A stretch of DNA of 63,692 nucleotides, the filler included, from Licmophora abbreviata (Eukaryota), in the NCBI GenBank assembly GCA_900291995.1. It is 9 parts of 9 records of this genome, joined end to end, with 100 filler letters (N's around TTAATTAATTAA, not from the genome) between each part and the next. Parts side by side here need not be neighbours in the genome. Positions count along the whole stretch, not along the records: positions 47,231 to 56,478 come from OLMU01003969.1; positions 56,579 to 61,224 come from OLMU01003971.1; 7 more parts are not named here. One strand, written 5' to 3'. Position numbers and translations under genes: made by a program. Below, in pieces: positions 47,569 to 60,055 of the stretch (its first letter is position 1; each line of letters opens with the position of its first letter). The notes beneath the pieces are model-generated. The model did not search any database, was not told the origin of the DNA, and saw only the letters and a list, made by a program, of their open reading frames with translations.

Positions 47569-49150
47569 ATGATCCTGCGAGCCGCTGCCCTTCGTTGCCC
47601 ATCGGGCCTCGAGCGACGGCTGTTGTCCAATCTACCAGTCGTTGGCGTCGTAGCGGGGCCGTCGTCCTCCAGACGACTGCTGGGAAAGCAGTTTCTGTCT
47701 ACAGCCCCTACTGCGCATGACGACGACGACGAAGACGTGTCGAATCCATCCCAGTCGCAGGAGCCCTTGTATCCTGGTGATGTTCCACGTACGTCGGTCT
47801 TGATGGAGCTGACCGATCGAGTGGGTGTACTGCACGACGTTTTGCGGTACTTTTGGAAGCACGACGTGAACCTCGCTCGCATCGAGTCTCGACCTGCCGT
47901 GATGCAAGGACCAAATCGTAGTGGAGAGGCCCGATTTGACTTTTTCGTCGACTTTAATGGATCTAGGGGAGACGAGAATGTGGAGAAGGTTCTGGACGCT
48001 CTTCGTCCCATGACGGACAAGCTCTTGATTCTTGACGAGAAGAAGGTACATTGTCTTTCGTGCCCGATGGGCGATATGTGCTGGGAGTGAATCCTGACTT
48101 TAGGTCAACAGTAACATTTTTTGCTATTCTTTCCTTTCGATTCGTTCATTACAGGTCCATTGGTTTCCTCGTCACATCTCCGAGCTGGATCTGATTGCGA
48201 ATCGAGTCCTCGATGCAGGAATCGATCTCGAGTCGGATCATCCCGGCTTTCATGACTCACAGTACAGAACACGCCGCGGTCTTTTAGCTCAGATTGCTAG
48301 GAACCACCACTGGGACCGGCCAATTGAACACGTCAACTACACCACTGAGGAAACGGAAACGTGGGGTACGGTGTGGGACAAGATGGAAGATCTCTGGGAT
48401 CTCTACGCCTGCCAAGAGTACAAGCGCTCCATGGAACTTATGCAGACACACTGTGGATACAGTCGTGACACGATTCCTCAGCAGCAAGACATTAGCGCTT
48501 TTCTCAAGTCAAGGACGAACTTCTTGATGCGGCCCGTGGCGGGACTTCTGTCCTCTCGAGACTTCCTGAGTGGCCTCGCGTTCCGTGTCTTCTTCTGCAC
48601 ACAGTATATCCGTCATCATTCCATGCCACTCTACACACCGGAACCTGATATTTGCCACGAACTTCTCGGCCACGCTCCCATGTTTGCCGATCGGGACTTT
48701 GCCGACTTTTCGCAAGAGATCGGTCTGGCCAGTTTGGGGGCGTCAGAGGATGACATTGACAAGCTCGCTCGCTGCTACTGGCATTCCGTAGAGTTTGGAC
48801 TGTGCAACGAAGCTGGTACCAACAAAGCGTACGGTGCAGGACTTCTCTCATCGTTTGGGGAGCTCGAGTATGCCTGTAGCCATGCACATCCAGGCGCAGA
48901 TCAAGCGCCCCACATCAAACCTTGGGATCCTGTTGCTGCGTCACAGCAAGAGTTCCCAATCACGACCTACCAGCCTGTCTACTTTCTCGCCGAATCGCTC
49001 TCGGACGCAAAGCAGCGTATGCGCAAGTTCTGTGAAGACTTGCCAAGACCCTTCTTTGCTCTCCACAACTCTCAAACTGATACAGTGCACATTGATCGAC
49101 CTGTGAAGCGCACCATGGGCGTCCCCGAGGACGGAACCATGGCGCAATGA
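47569..49150 (+). CDS. PAH: Phenylalanine 4-hydroxylase with ACT domain; join(47569..48045,48155..49150)
   Basis: ACT domain [71 protein letters not shown]. Confidence 0.95.
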
Positions 49151-49231
49151 TGCTTTAGATATTTTTTCTAGGATAACGTATGTAGATAACGCAGAGATTA
49201 GTTTGTTTTGTGGAAATTTATGGTTGATAGA

Positions 49232-50494
49232 CTACGCTCTATTCCCAAATATTTCATCAAAGACGTCTTTCCGTTTCTTCTTCTTGGGCTGTTTCTTGTG
49301 TCTCTTCTTACTCGTCTTCTTGTCCCTCCCGCCGCGGGCTGACAACGAATCGCGTTGCAGCTCCTCCTCGCCTTCATCGTGGTGGCCTCGTGACCGTTTC
49401 GCAGGTCTTTGTGAAGATGCCTTTTGGATGCTCTCCAGTACTTGCGCGTTTCGGTCGACGTCCTGTACGGCAAGGCTGGTATCGCTTACGTGTTGCGATC
49501 CGGCTACCCGTCCCACCTCATTCTCGCCATGCTCCTGTCGGTTCAAATCGCCGTCGACACTACGACCCATGTCATGGTCCTCGTGGACGACATTGGCCTT
49601 ACGCAGCTGTTGTTTTTCTTGTTCCATAGGACGAGTCGAGTTTCGAAACATCCAAGTGCCATCTTCTTTGGGCGTTGAATCGTTCAAACTCGTAGTAGTA
49701 TCTGCACCATCCAGTCGCATGGTTGGTGTTGGTGTTGTTGTTGTTGTTGTTGATGATGATAGTGTAGACACGGGTTTCTCCAAGCCGAGCTGTCTCCAAA
49801 ACAAGTCTTCGCGTTCTTCTTTGGCAATGGAACTTTGTTCTTCCCCACCCACTTCCACAAAGACACGCATGGCCTCATCCCACGCGTCCTTGGATAATAC
49901 TAATGATGATAATGATAATAATGATGATGCTTTGTGAAACTCACCATTATCAGTAGTAGGATGAGTAGCAGCATGCGTCTCGATCATAAGGAGGAGCAAG
50001 TCTCCTCGAAGGGTCGTCAGGCACTCTCGTCCAAGTCGCATGACAATGACACGTACGCGACTGATGGCTCCCAACGCGACGGTGCAGAGTGGAAGAAAGA
50101 AACCTCGCGCCATTTCGACCTGCAGTGCCAATGCCGCATGCTCCACTCGAGAAAGGAGTTCTGGAAGTGCTTGTGTGACTGTCTGGTACAAGTGGTACCA
50201 TTCGTGTCGCAACTTCTGCAGAGGTGGTGGGGCAGAAGCAGGGTCCGACTCCTGCAGAGTCCAGCAGTCGTCGGATGTTGCGTGATGACCCGCTCCTTTC
50301 TGATACTCGTTCCAATCTCGACGCAAGGATTGCAGTCTCTCTTCCATTCTCAACAGTTTGCACTTGTTGTTGTTGTTGGCACAGCGCAGCAGCATGGAGA
50401 GGCGCTGATGGTAGCGCGTGCGTCCATGACTGGGTCGATTGCGTCGCAACAGGGCTTCCAGAATGGACACTTCCAGTTCCAACGCGCTCTGCAT
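49232..50494 (-). CDS. NEPRO/Rmp1-like (DUF4477) nucleolar protein
   Basis: LELEVSILEALLRRNRPSHGR..., RGFFLPLCTVALGAISRV, Lys-rich C-terminus ending DEIFG. Confidence 0.65.
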   Translation of the reverse strand: MQSALELEVSILEALLRRNRPSHGRTRYHQRLSMLLRCANNNNKCKLLRMEERLQSLRRDWNEYQKGAGHHATSDDCWTLQESDPASAPPPLQKLRHEWYHLYQTVTQALPELLSRVEHAALALQVEMARGFFLPLCTVALGAISRVRVIVMRLGRECLTTLRGDLLLLMIETHAATHPTTDNGEFHKASSLLSLSSLVLSKDAWDEAMRVFVEVGGEEQSSIAKEEREDLFWRQLGLEKPVSTLSSSTTTTTTPTPTMRLDGADTTTSLNDSTPKEDGTWMFRNSTRPMEQEKQQLRKANVVHEDHDMGRSVDGDLNRQEHGENEVGRVAGSQHVSDTSLAVQDVDRNAQVLESIQKASSQRPAKRSRGHHDEGEEELQRDSLSARGGRDKKTSKKRHKKQPKKKKRKDVFDEIFGNRA

Positions 50495-50644
50495 GATGAC
50501 GACGGTTGGAGTGAGTGAATGAATGAATGAATTAATGAATCAATGAATTGGTACATGTGTCAGTCTGCCAAAAGGAGAATGACACGACGACTGACTCGCC
50601 ATGGTGGCAGCTGAAACACAAGTCTGCGAACCCGCTGTCGGTTA

Positions 50645-50652
50645 TGACGTCA
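50645..50652. promoter_or_regulatory. Palindromic TGACGTCA in a short divergent promoter
   Basis: Exact palindrome in the middle of the roughly 300-bp region between two divergent starts. Confidence 0.3.
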
Positions 50653-50801
50653 TCTTTTGCGCGCGCTTTTGTACATTCCACAACCATGATACGAGTATTC
50701 CAAAGCCTGCGATGCTGACTGACGGACGAGGATGTTGTCTCATATCAAGTCAAACATTGACTTGCGACACATACGCTTCTACTATACTCTATGATAGAGT
50801 G

Positions 50802-51579
50802 ATGTATGTATTCCTAAGGATGCTAGTCGTTGTGACTCTACTACTCCAGTGCGATGCGTTGAAAATTACGAATGGCACGTCTTCGCCGTCGAACAGTCTT
50901 TGCGCACACAACCCGCATCGTAGACGTCGGACCATGAGGAGTTGGACGACCTCACCGTCATTCGTGTCACCATTCGCTCGTCAACTGTACTCGTCACGAA
51001 CCGATGACCAGGATGATGGCGATTGGATGGAGGAAAGAACGACCATTGATCCAACTACAAAGTCTAGTAGTACTACTAGCAAGAGAAAGAAACAGCAGAT
51101 CGCCAAAACTCGAGCAACACGGTTGGCATTCAAAGCGTTGAATCCTACAGGACGCCGCTCATGATCGTACTGTGGCCGAGCGACGGAAATTCAAGGCGGC
51201 AGTGGGAGTGTACACACGTCTGTTGCAGGGACTGGACGAGCGCGCCTCCAAGGCTCAGGAACGAGCGAAAAGGCTTATTTCCGAGCGAGAGGCGTGCTTG
51301 GCGTCGAAGCGAGTATCGTCGTCATCCTCCTTGTCAAGGTTGGACCATGTGCAGAGCATACAACAGACTCGTGAAGAAGAAGTTCGAGGAAGGAAGCTAC
51401 TAGAAGACTTGGTCCTTCGCGAGACTGCTCCAGACGATTCTATCCTCCAAGGCCTGAGTACGGAAGAGATGTTGGCTATTGTACGGATTCGAGGGAACCT
51501 GAAAGGCCTCCGACGTGTCAACAGACGCGACAGGGTATTGCAACTCTTGCACGAATCGTACAAGACGCCCTTGTACTGA
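50802..51579 (+). CDS. Hypothetical protein with signal peptide; frame break near 51141
   Basis: Hydrophobic N-terminus; two consecutive ORFs join by removing one A in TTGAATC. Confidence 0.6.
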
Positions 51580-51789
51580 CGGATAGTACGATATGACAGA
51601 GCAGAGGATGATTGCAATGATGGTAGGGAAGACGGGAGTTTTGGCGCGCATTATTTTCTACGTGTCTCGTGGTACACGTTCAACGTGTGATGTGTAATGT
51701 GTCGGCGGCAAGTCTTGTGCACAACGACGTCCAGCTGTACGATGTCGACACACTCGAGGAACACACAAGGACGACGACAACGGAAGACC

Positions 51790-53701
51790 ATGCCGTCGTC
51801 CGTGCTCGTGCTTCGCTCTTCCTGCCTCTCTGGCGAGGAGGATGGTCTTGGGGAGAGAGAAAGGACGACGCATCAGTCGGTCCATGACAGCAACAACAGC
51901 ACAGACGATGGGACGACAATGACGCAGCTTGTACGCGATGCCGTGTACGCGAATACTCCCTTGTCATGCGACATTGCCATTGTTCCGGAGATTCCATTGG
52001 AGAACGAAAGTCAACGCATACATCGTAGGAAACGTCAGTCGTTGAATCCATGTGGGATGGACAATGTCCTCGTGCTGTCGGATCTTCCGCAGAGTGACTC
52101 TGGCGCCTATCTCTTGACTATCACGTCCTGCAAGGCTGCTGTCACTCAGTATAGTGCAGAAGAAGAGAACCGTGTTGATGAAATCCATGATGAACAGAGC
52201 ATCAGGACGGTGTCGGTCAACGCCGTGCCATCAACCTTTGCCTTTCGATCGAGCAAGACCGTCACGGATGCAGACGACGACGACGAAGAGACTTCCACTC
52301 ATCGACCGATGGATCGGCACGTCGCTCCGATGACTCGCTCCTACTCTGAGCTTTCAGTAGCCTTCGACATGGAACCTATGGAGCATATCATCATGAGTCG
52401 TCTCGAAAAGCGGAACATTGACAACAACGACGACGACGGCGACGATACTACCGAGATGGATCGTCATCGAGATCGACATTCATTCTCCACTCCTACGAAC
52501 ACTGACCAATGCAGGATGAACCACCACAGCAAAGGGTATCATCGTCCCTTCAATCGCAACGATCGTGATACTGCTGCTGCTGATGATGAACTCTTGGTCT
52601 TGACGGTGCTCCGTGATCTTGCTGCCAAGGAGACGCGCGATCTCAATCGCATGCTGGCAGGACTGAGCACTGTCGCTATTCTTTGTTTCATTGTGATGCT
52701 GAGGGTAGTATGGATGAGAATGATGCCAACGCGTCGTCAGAAACGAGACTGCAAACGTGCTGTGGATAGTCGAACGAAAGAGCGTGGGGTGCTTCGTTCG
52801 CATTGTGGGATTGTCGGTACGAGTGCAGATGAGCGGAACACGGACGGCGGCGCCAATGACGAACAGGAAGGCGCGACAGGTACGTCCTCTATGAATCTTT
52901 GCATTGCCCAACAAACGACGAGTCTTGCTCACTTCATCCTGCTTGTTACTGTCAGAACGGCCGCCCGTCCGGACGGTCAGCGTCGATCACGAGAACTCCG
53001 ACGCCATCACGCCGCTCTCTCTGGAACCGACTTCGCCTCCGCAGCCGTCTCGTTCCTGCATCGTCGTCGCAGACCGAGAGTCTACTACTGTTACTATGCC
53101 GGTGCTGATGAAAGACTTGTCTACTTGCATGTTTGACCAGCAGCATGATGGCATCAACAAGGAAGTTCGATATCTTCCATCGGAATCGGAACCGTCGCTC
53201 CTAGTTGAAAGCCACAACAACAATACCCAGACAGCCGTCTCTCTGACGGACAAGAACATACCCGACGCTCACGGGGTGCTGACAGACAAACCTCAGCCAC
53301 TAGTTACAGATAACAACAAACTGTCGCCTTGCTCCAAACTGGAACAAGAGTGGTTGCGAAACAAGGCGTCGCGACGTGACAATCGAGCAGCCGGTCCGCG
53401 CACCATCCTCGTGCCCAAGGATAGTAGCAGCCCGTGCAATGGACGCTTTCGAAAGTCCGCTTCTACCAAGCACAGAGAAAATGGTGGAACCTCGAAATTG
53501 TTCCCATCCCATGTACCAACTATGGTTGCCTCGACTCCGTACGCGTTCGGCCAGGACGTGAGAAGCAGCATCGGCAGTCAGTCGACACCGCAGGCGCGCG
53601 ACCCGAAGCTGTCTCCGGCGGACACTCCAGCGACCCATCGTACCTGCACGAGTGGCTCGCAAGTCGAGGGATCGTTCTTGAATGATTATTGGGGAGCATG
53701 A
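51790..53701 (+). CDS. Hypothetical single-TM low-complexity protein; join(51790..52879,52956..53701)
   Basis: Phase-1 intron GTACGT...GTCAG links the two overlapping ORFs; TM LAGLSTVAILCFIVMLRVVW; start uncertain. Confidence 0.6.
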
Positions 53702-54903
53702 TTGGGATCGTGAAAGGGGAGAGTATCTGGTGCCTGCTGTCGTGTCATTCCACAGAGATTATACTTCATAGAACGTTGTGCCATTCGCCTCGAATAGGAT
53801 GCTGCAGAGCGACAGCAGAAACATAGTCATACCTGTTAGTGAAGAACGCGTAACCTCTAGTGGATCTTCTTCTTCCTTGGAGTCTTGGCGTCGAGTCGAC
53901 CGCAGTACAATCAGGGTTCAAAGATAGACGCGAAAAGCCTTTTGAATCGCAACGGGGATGTCATGTGCGTGCATCCGAATGTCTTTTGCATGTACCCAAT
54001 ACTATACGAGGTCTACGCTGGTATGTTGCACGTAGACAGGTACGACTGGTATAATGCAAAATGTCAATGACGATCCCTCAGCTTTTGACTTCTTCGACTG
54101 CCTCTTCGCCACTGGATGAAGCGAAGAGGCAGATTGAGACTGAGTGCACCCCGCGAGGTAAGCGAATGGCGATCTTCTGGGCCTTGTGGCGTCCCAGGAG
54201 TCTTCTTTTTGTCTAGGTCCTCACTTGAAGGTCTGAAAGGCGCAATCAAGTGATCGTCCGTTTTTCTGGGTCCAGGATCGTCTTGTTTTCTTGATTTTGG
54301 CAGCGCTCCGAGTGAATGTGACTACTTTTTGGGGGTTGACTGATTGTACGTAGGAATTAGTATATCTCTACGTAAGAGTTCCCAAAACGCAAGAAATGAT
54401 GAAGGGCAATCGCCAACGTCGCATGTCGCCAAGTTGGCCTCGATTCCCGCTGCGTTTTCTCTCACCGATAGGACCCGAGCTCGAGTGTCGATGATGACAG
54501 TGCCAGTTCCGGCGGTCTCTTCTGTCGTTCTCGGCAGCGTCCGTTCTCTTGGGACATCGCGTGCGCTACTTCCGAGCTTCGGGATGTCGGACGAACCGTT
54601 CGACTCAATCGAGCTGGCAGATGATAATGCGTGACGTCAATCTTTCCGAGAAGTTCAACTTGCGAGTGGAAACAAAGATCGGCGTGTGGCAGCTTTCTGT
54701 TTCCGGGATCCTGGGGATGACTGACAGCTATGATCAGATGATGTCCTTTGAATCTCTCGCATTGCTCACCATCCTGTCGCGTGTGTTCTTGGCATACCTT
54801 CATCAGAATTTCAGGTTGCTGCGAGCTTGTAAGCGTTCTCCAAGCTGCGAAATACTCAACGAAATCATTCAGGTTTGACGAAGCTCGACCCACATCTGTC
54901 GCC

Positions 54904-56478
54904 ATGAGAGAATTGCGTGTCGAGGATGCGCTCCTGTACCTGGACCAGGTCAAGGTGGAGTTCGGAGATCGACCTCACATCTACAACGAGTTCCTCGATA
55001 TCATGAAAACTTTTAAGACACAGCAACTGGATACCCCTGGCGTCATTCGTCGCGTCTCCACTCTGTTTCAGGGAAACAAGAATCTTGTCCTTGGCTTCAA
55101 CACATTTCTGCCAGAAGGATACAAGATTGAGCTTCCTGATGGTGGAGGACCACCGGTTGCAGTGTATCGTGCTCCAGGACAGTCGGGAGTGACGCAAATT
55201 CTGGGACCAGGCTTGTCTTCGTCGGGGGTGGGAGTAGCTCAGGAGGCTGCTGCGTCGACGAATGGTCCTTCGCCGCCGCCGGCGTCGCAACAGCAGCAGC
55301 CGTCAATGGCGCCTCTCATGCAGAGCGGCATACAGCAGCCACCGTCGCCACAGGCCATGCCACCACAGTCGGCGGGCGGTGTCGTTCCCATGGAGCTCTC
55401 GACGTCCAATCCACCGCAGCAAGCCGCACTGCCGGTACAGCAGGCACCACCGCGTGCCCCGCAGCAGCCTGGCAATGGCCACGGCGACGATATTCCTCTA
55501 CAGCTGGGAATGGCCCAGCATCAGGCGGGATTAGAAGCGCAAGGCCCTGTTGCAATGCAGGCGGGGGGTGCTGTGCCGAAGGCGGGATACGGACCGCCAG
55601 CGCCGCATATCCCGCCTAATGAAGCATCGCGGGAGCCTCCAGTCGAGTTCGATCATGCCATAAACTACGTGACGACTATCAAAAAGAGATTCGCTACGGA
55701 ACCGGAGACGTATAAGAAGTTTTTAGAGATTCTCCACACGTACCAAAAGGAACAGCGGGGCATCAAGGAGGTGCTGGACGAGGTTTCGCTTCTGTTTGCC
55801 GATCATCCGGATCTTTTGAAACAGTTTACATACTTTCTCCCGGACGCCGTACAAGCACAGGCAAAAGCGCAGCTAGATCAGGTCGCAAAGGAGTCCGAGG
55901 CGAGAAAGCGGGCGGCGTCATCCAAACAAGCAATAATGCAAACTGCGCAGGGAATGCAGCGACAGGCAATGCGTGGCCAGCCCATCGGGGCAGGAGGAGT
56001 TGTCCCGGCACGAACGTATGCGAGTCAGGTGACTGTACCATTCGGTGCCTCACAAGGACGTAGCGACGAGCGGGAACGAGAAATTTGTCGATCGGCAATT
56101 TACGGCAGTATCTCGTTCAATCCCATGCGACCTCCGCGAAGGTAAGAGAGTTTGCTCATCGGATGCATCATCAGGCGGCTGTATATTGATCCCTCACGTT
56201 CTTTTACCTTCGCAACTAAGGAGCGAGCCAGCCATCGCCATGGCAGCTTTGAAGAATGGTCGACCGACGATCATTCCAGAAACGCCGATTCAGCCCACAA
56301 CGGCCGAGGCTGCCTTCTTTGAGCGCGCAAAGCTTCACTTGAATCGACGGGAACTAGCTCCGGATAAGCCTCCTGGGTCGAGACGACATACACCGTATAC
56401 GGAGTTTCTTAAGTGCTTGCACCTGTTTGGGGCGGAAATCTTGAACAAAGAAGAGCTGCTCTTGTTACTTCGAGGCCT
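54904..56478 (+). CDS. SIN3: SIN3 transcriptional corepressor, N-terminal part (PAH1, PAH2, start of PAH3), truncated by spacer; intron 56142..56220
   Basis: VEDALLYLDQVK...YNEFLDIMK...GFNTFLPEGY; VEFDHAINYVTTIKKRF...FLP; YTEFLKCLHLF. Confidence 0.95.
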
Positions 56479-56578
56479 NNNNNNNNNNNNNNNNNNNNNN
56501 NNNNNNNNNNNNNNNNNNNNNNTTAATTAATTAANNNNNNNNNNNNNNNNNNNNNNNNNNNNNNNNNNNNNNNNNNNN
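56479..56578. other. Artificial contig spacer
   Basis: 44 N + TTAATTAATTAA + 44 N. Confidence 0.97.
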
Positions 56579-56981
56579 GCCCTCTTTCGCTTTCGTTCAA
56601 TACTACTGCTTAAGGATCAATGCCTACCGAGAAAATCGAGTGGATATGCGAGGTCCTGCATCCAACGAGCCAAGCAATTATGATGTCTACCGACCTACAG
56701 TACCGCGGAAGCAGTATTGCTCCCGATTGCGGATTGCTCCCGATTGCGTCCTCAGAAAGGAAGGGTTTCCTTATCATCCACCATAGAGACCGTCGGTCAT
56801 CACTTTGGATGTTCGGTCGACCGTACCCGCGCAGGTGAGATCGTTTCTTGTGCGCAGAGGAACGATAGTCCTCTCATCCGAACACATCGTAGCAGGGCTC
56901 TTGTGTTCGAAGGCACACCCTTGGCACCCAGTCCACGCCTAGAGTGTGGAGTCATGCCACGACACGTAGCGGCCAACGCAT

Positions 56982-58813
56982 TCAGTCGCATGCCATTTTG
57001 CGTTTTGGACTTTTCGAAACAATCCGAGGCATGCCGGCAATGCAAGAAGTGAGAGTATTTCGGATGGAGCTCTCCACACGAGCCTGTGACAAGGCTACGT
57101 TCATAATGAGCCTTACAAGCCAGTGGGCCATCTCGCTGTCGACCAAACGAGCTCTGCGGTGAGGAGTCGACCGTGCCGCATCGTTTCGCACAAGGCCGGC
57201 GCTATTGAGCGTAGTCGGTGATTCCGGGCCCTCGTCGAGCCCTTTCCGGTCCGCCGTGGAAGAAGGCTTCCCGACAGTGGGGGCGACCGTGCGTCTAGGA
57301 AGTCGCTCCTGGATCCAGAAGAAAAGAAGAGTCAAATACCACATGACAAGAAGAAACCATACAAACATGTAAACCACAATCAGTAACAGCAAGGGACGCG
57401 GATGGTTGCCCCCTGGGAATGAGACCTTCTTGTCCCGATTCTCATGCTGACTTTCAAAGTCATTTCTAAACTCCTCTGTTACTTCTGCGTAATTGTCAAT
57501 CATCTTCTTCATGACAGATCGTTGCTCGAACTTCAAGCTTAGCTCCCGTCCCGCGCGAGAGAAAGACTCTCGCTTCTCACTGTCCTTGATCAGGCGCCGC
57601 GTCCCCTCGAAGAAGGCATCGACATCGCCAGCTTGGCACGCGTATCCGTTGACGCCGTGACTGACCAAATGTCCTGAGCACTCGCTTTCTACCACTAGTG
57701 GCAATCCTGATGCGGCTGCCTCCAGCGTGACATTGCCAAACGTCTCAACGGAGGATGGAAGCAAGAAGATGTCCGACGACGCGTAAGCGACAGAAAGCTC
57801 TGGTCCTGTGAGCCACCCGCAGAGGGTAGTATTGGGTAACTTCCGCAGAGTGTCCTCGCAAGGCCCAACCCCGACCACAAGTGCATGGAACGGGAGATCC
57901 TGAGAGTGTAAACGCCGAACAACTTCGGCGAAGATATCGATCCTCTTCTCTCGGACAAGACGCCCGACAAAGCAGATGACCACCTTGTCGTCATCAATAC
58001 TATGCTTCTGACGAAACGCCATGGACCGATGCGATGGAGAGAACTTGTCCAGATCTGTCCCGCGGCCCCAAACTCGAAGTTCGGTAAGGCGATCCCATTG
58101 GTAGGAGTCTACAAGCTTCTTCTTCATGTAAGGAGTTGGCACGTAGAGTCTTTGTAGAAAGTTGTATTGGTGTCCAAAAAGTGTGGCAATGAAAGGTTTG
58201 AGGCAGGTTATTCCAGGATAGTGAGGATAGTGATCAATATAGTCTGCGTAGTTGCTGTGGTAGGTCCCTATGAGCGGGAGTTCGTGCTGCCGAGCGTAGA
58301 GTATGAGGTCCATGCATACGAGGTCGGGGACTGTGACATGAACCACGGATGGATTGAACTCGGCAAGAAAGCTTTGAGTCGTCTGTGAAAGAGTCACGCC
58401 CGCGTAATAGGTTTGGTCAGTGTTGTTCGGGTCGTAGGTGAAGAATAGCGGCGCCACGTTGTCGAGAAAGAGAACTTGTCTGTTGGGATGAGTTCCAACC
58501 AAATTAGTGTTCTTTCTACTGCCCGACTGACTAGTCAGGATGCAGACATGATGACCCGCCGCAAGGAGCTCCTGCTCTATCTTTCGGACTGTCAGAGAGA
58601 CGCTGTATGGCACAGAATTCGAGAAACGTAACATACAAAATACCGCGAGCAAGCAGAGCAAGAATGCAAAGTTAGCGATGTATCGCGTTTCACGGCGAAT
58701 TCATTGATTCAGTCGTTCTCCGATGCCAATGGCTGTAAGAGAGGTACATACCCATCTAGAACATTGTAGCAGGTCGTATAGAGAAGGACCCGGTGAGTTT
58801 GGACGACCGCCAT
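56982..58813 (-). CDS. GT4 glycosyltransferase (SQD2/PimB-like); exons 58813..58752 and 58602..56982
   Basis: NVLDG|VSLT, GTYHSNY, VWGRGTD, FVGRLVREK, ETFGNVTLEAAASGLP; C-terminal TM. Confidence 0.88.
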
Positions 58814-60055
58814 GTTCACTTTGCCGTGACCTTGGCGAAGAGCGGGGTCGTGCTTGTTTTATGACATACTAGGAGCCTCGCGTGTTAGTGGTGGCCGGCG
58901 TGACGATTGCCGGATTTGAACCGTCTGATGACGTTCCATCTCTGAGCCAATTTTCCCCGTTGAGATCATACACCTTACCTTCAGCACCTAATACCATATA
59001 ACTTCATGAAATTTTGGAGAGCCAGATTGTGTGAAATAAGCAAAGTATAATGCATTATATTTCGAACATCATGAAAGGCATATACGGCTCTTAAGCTTTA
59101 TATAAAACCTGAAGCTCGCTCATCCGGGAGAACCACAACACTGAATAACCACTAACCCAACAACAACACCCATCACCGCATCATGGCGGCGGAGGCTGCT
59201 TCACAATCGTCGAGAGATCGTCTCTCTATGAAACCCTTAGAGACGTGGGCCACTCACTTTGCCTTCTTATGTTGATATGTCATTGTATGACCCGTCGAAG
59301 TATCCGAATGGCTTCATTCTATGATATCGGGCATGGCCATTTTATCGACTACTCGGAGTACGATGTTTGCTGCCTCGTCTAGTCTTTTCCAATCTTCCGA
59401 GTTGGACCAGTGGATGCACTGTAGGGAAGGCACAGACGGGTGTGTCAGTCATTATAGATTGCCGACACGCATCCCGAGCTGACGTCTGCTCGTCTGTATC
59501 AGCTAGAGAGAAAGGCTTCGATCGCGGTGTCAATACACACCCACAGCCCACTCTTGGATCAGACTACTAGTTCGCGCCACAGACTCCATCGACCTCTCTG
59601 AGCGTCCCATCAACACCAGTTTCAATCATTGTACTTTTTTCTTGATCCTTGTCCTTCGCGCGACTTAGGGTGTCTTGCTGCCTTGATTCAGAAACAATGG
59701 ACGGCGTTCCGTTCTTGGAACGCATGGTACTCAGTGGGAGAAAGACAAAGAGTTTTGGAAAGTCACCTTTGACGAGTTTTCGATAGTTGACGTGGCGGGA
59801 CAAAGCACGGAGAACTGCATCATCTTTACACGACGCGAATGAAACGTGCACGGCGGCAAATGACTAATTTACTTCAAAGTCTAGAGCGCGACAGCAGAGG
59901 TTGAAGAAATGTCTTGACGAGCTACACTAACCAAGAGACAAGCTTGCCCCGTCTCGCAACTCGAACGCAAGTAAAGCAGTAGGGAAGCAGGAGCTAGTAG
60001 TTGTTACCAACCGTCACTAGTGTTTTTTTACTTCGCGAGCCAGTCTTGTTCTCGG

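Noticed and set aside
50517..50547. (GAAT)n run upstream of the NEPRO-like gene
   Set aside because: Short imperfect microsatellite with no evidence of function
52956..53136. Apparent overlap or frameshift between ORFs 51697..53136 and 52904..53701
   Set aside because: Explained by a canonical phase-1 intron 52880..52955
59000..60050. Short ORFs between the GT4 and ankyrin-like genes
   Set aside because: No motifs or consistent splice model; cannot support a gene
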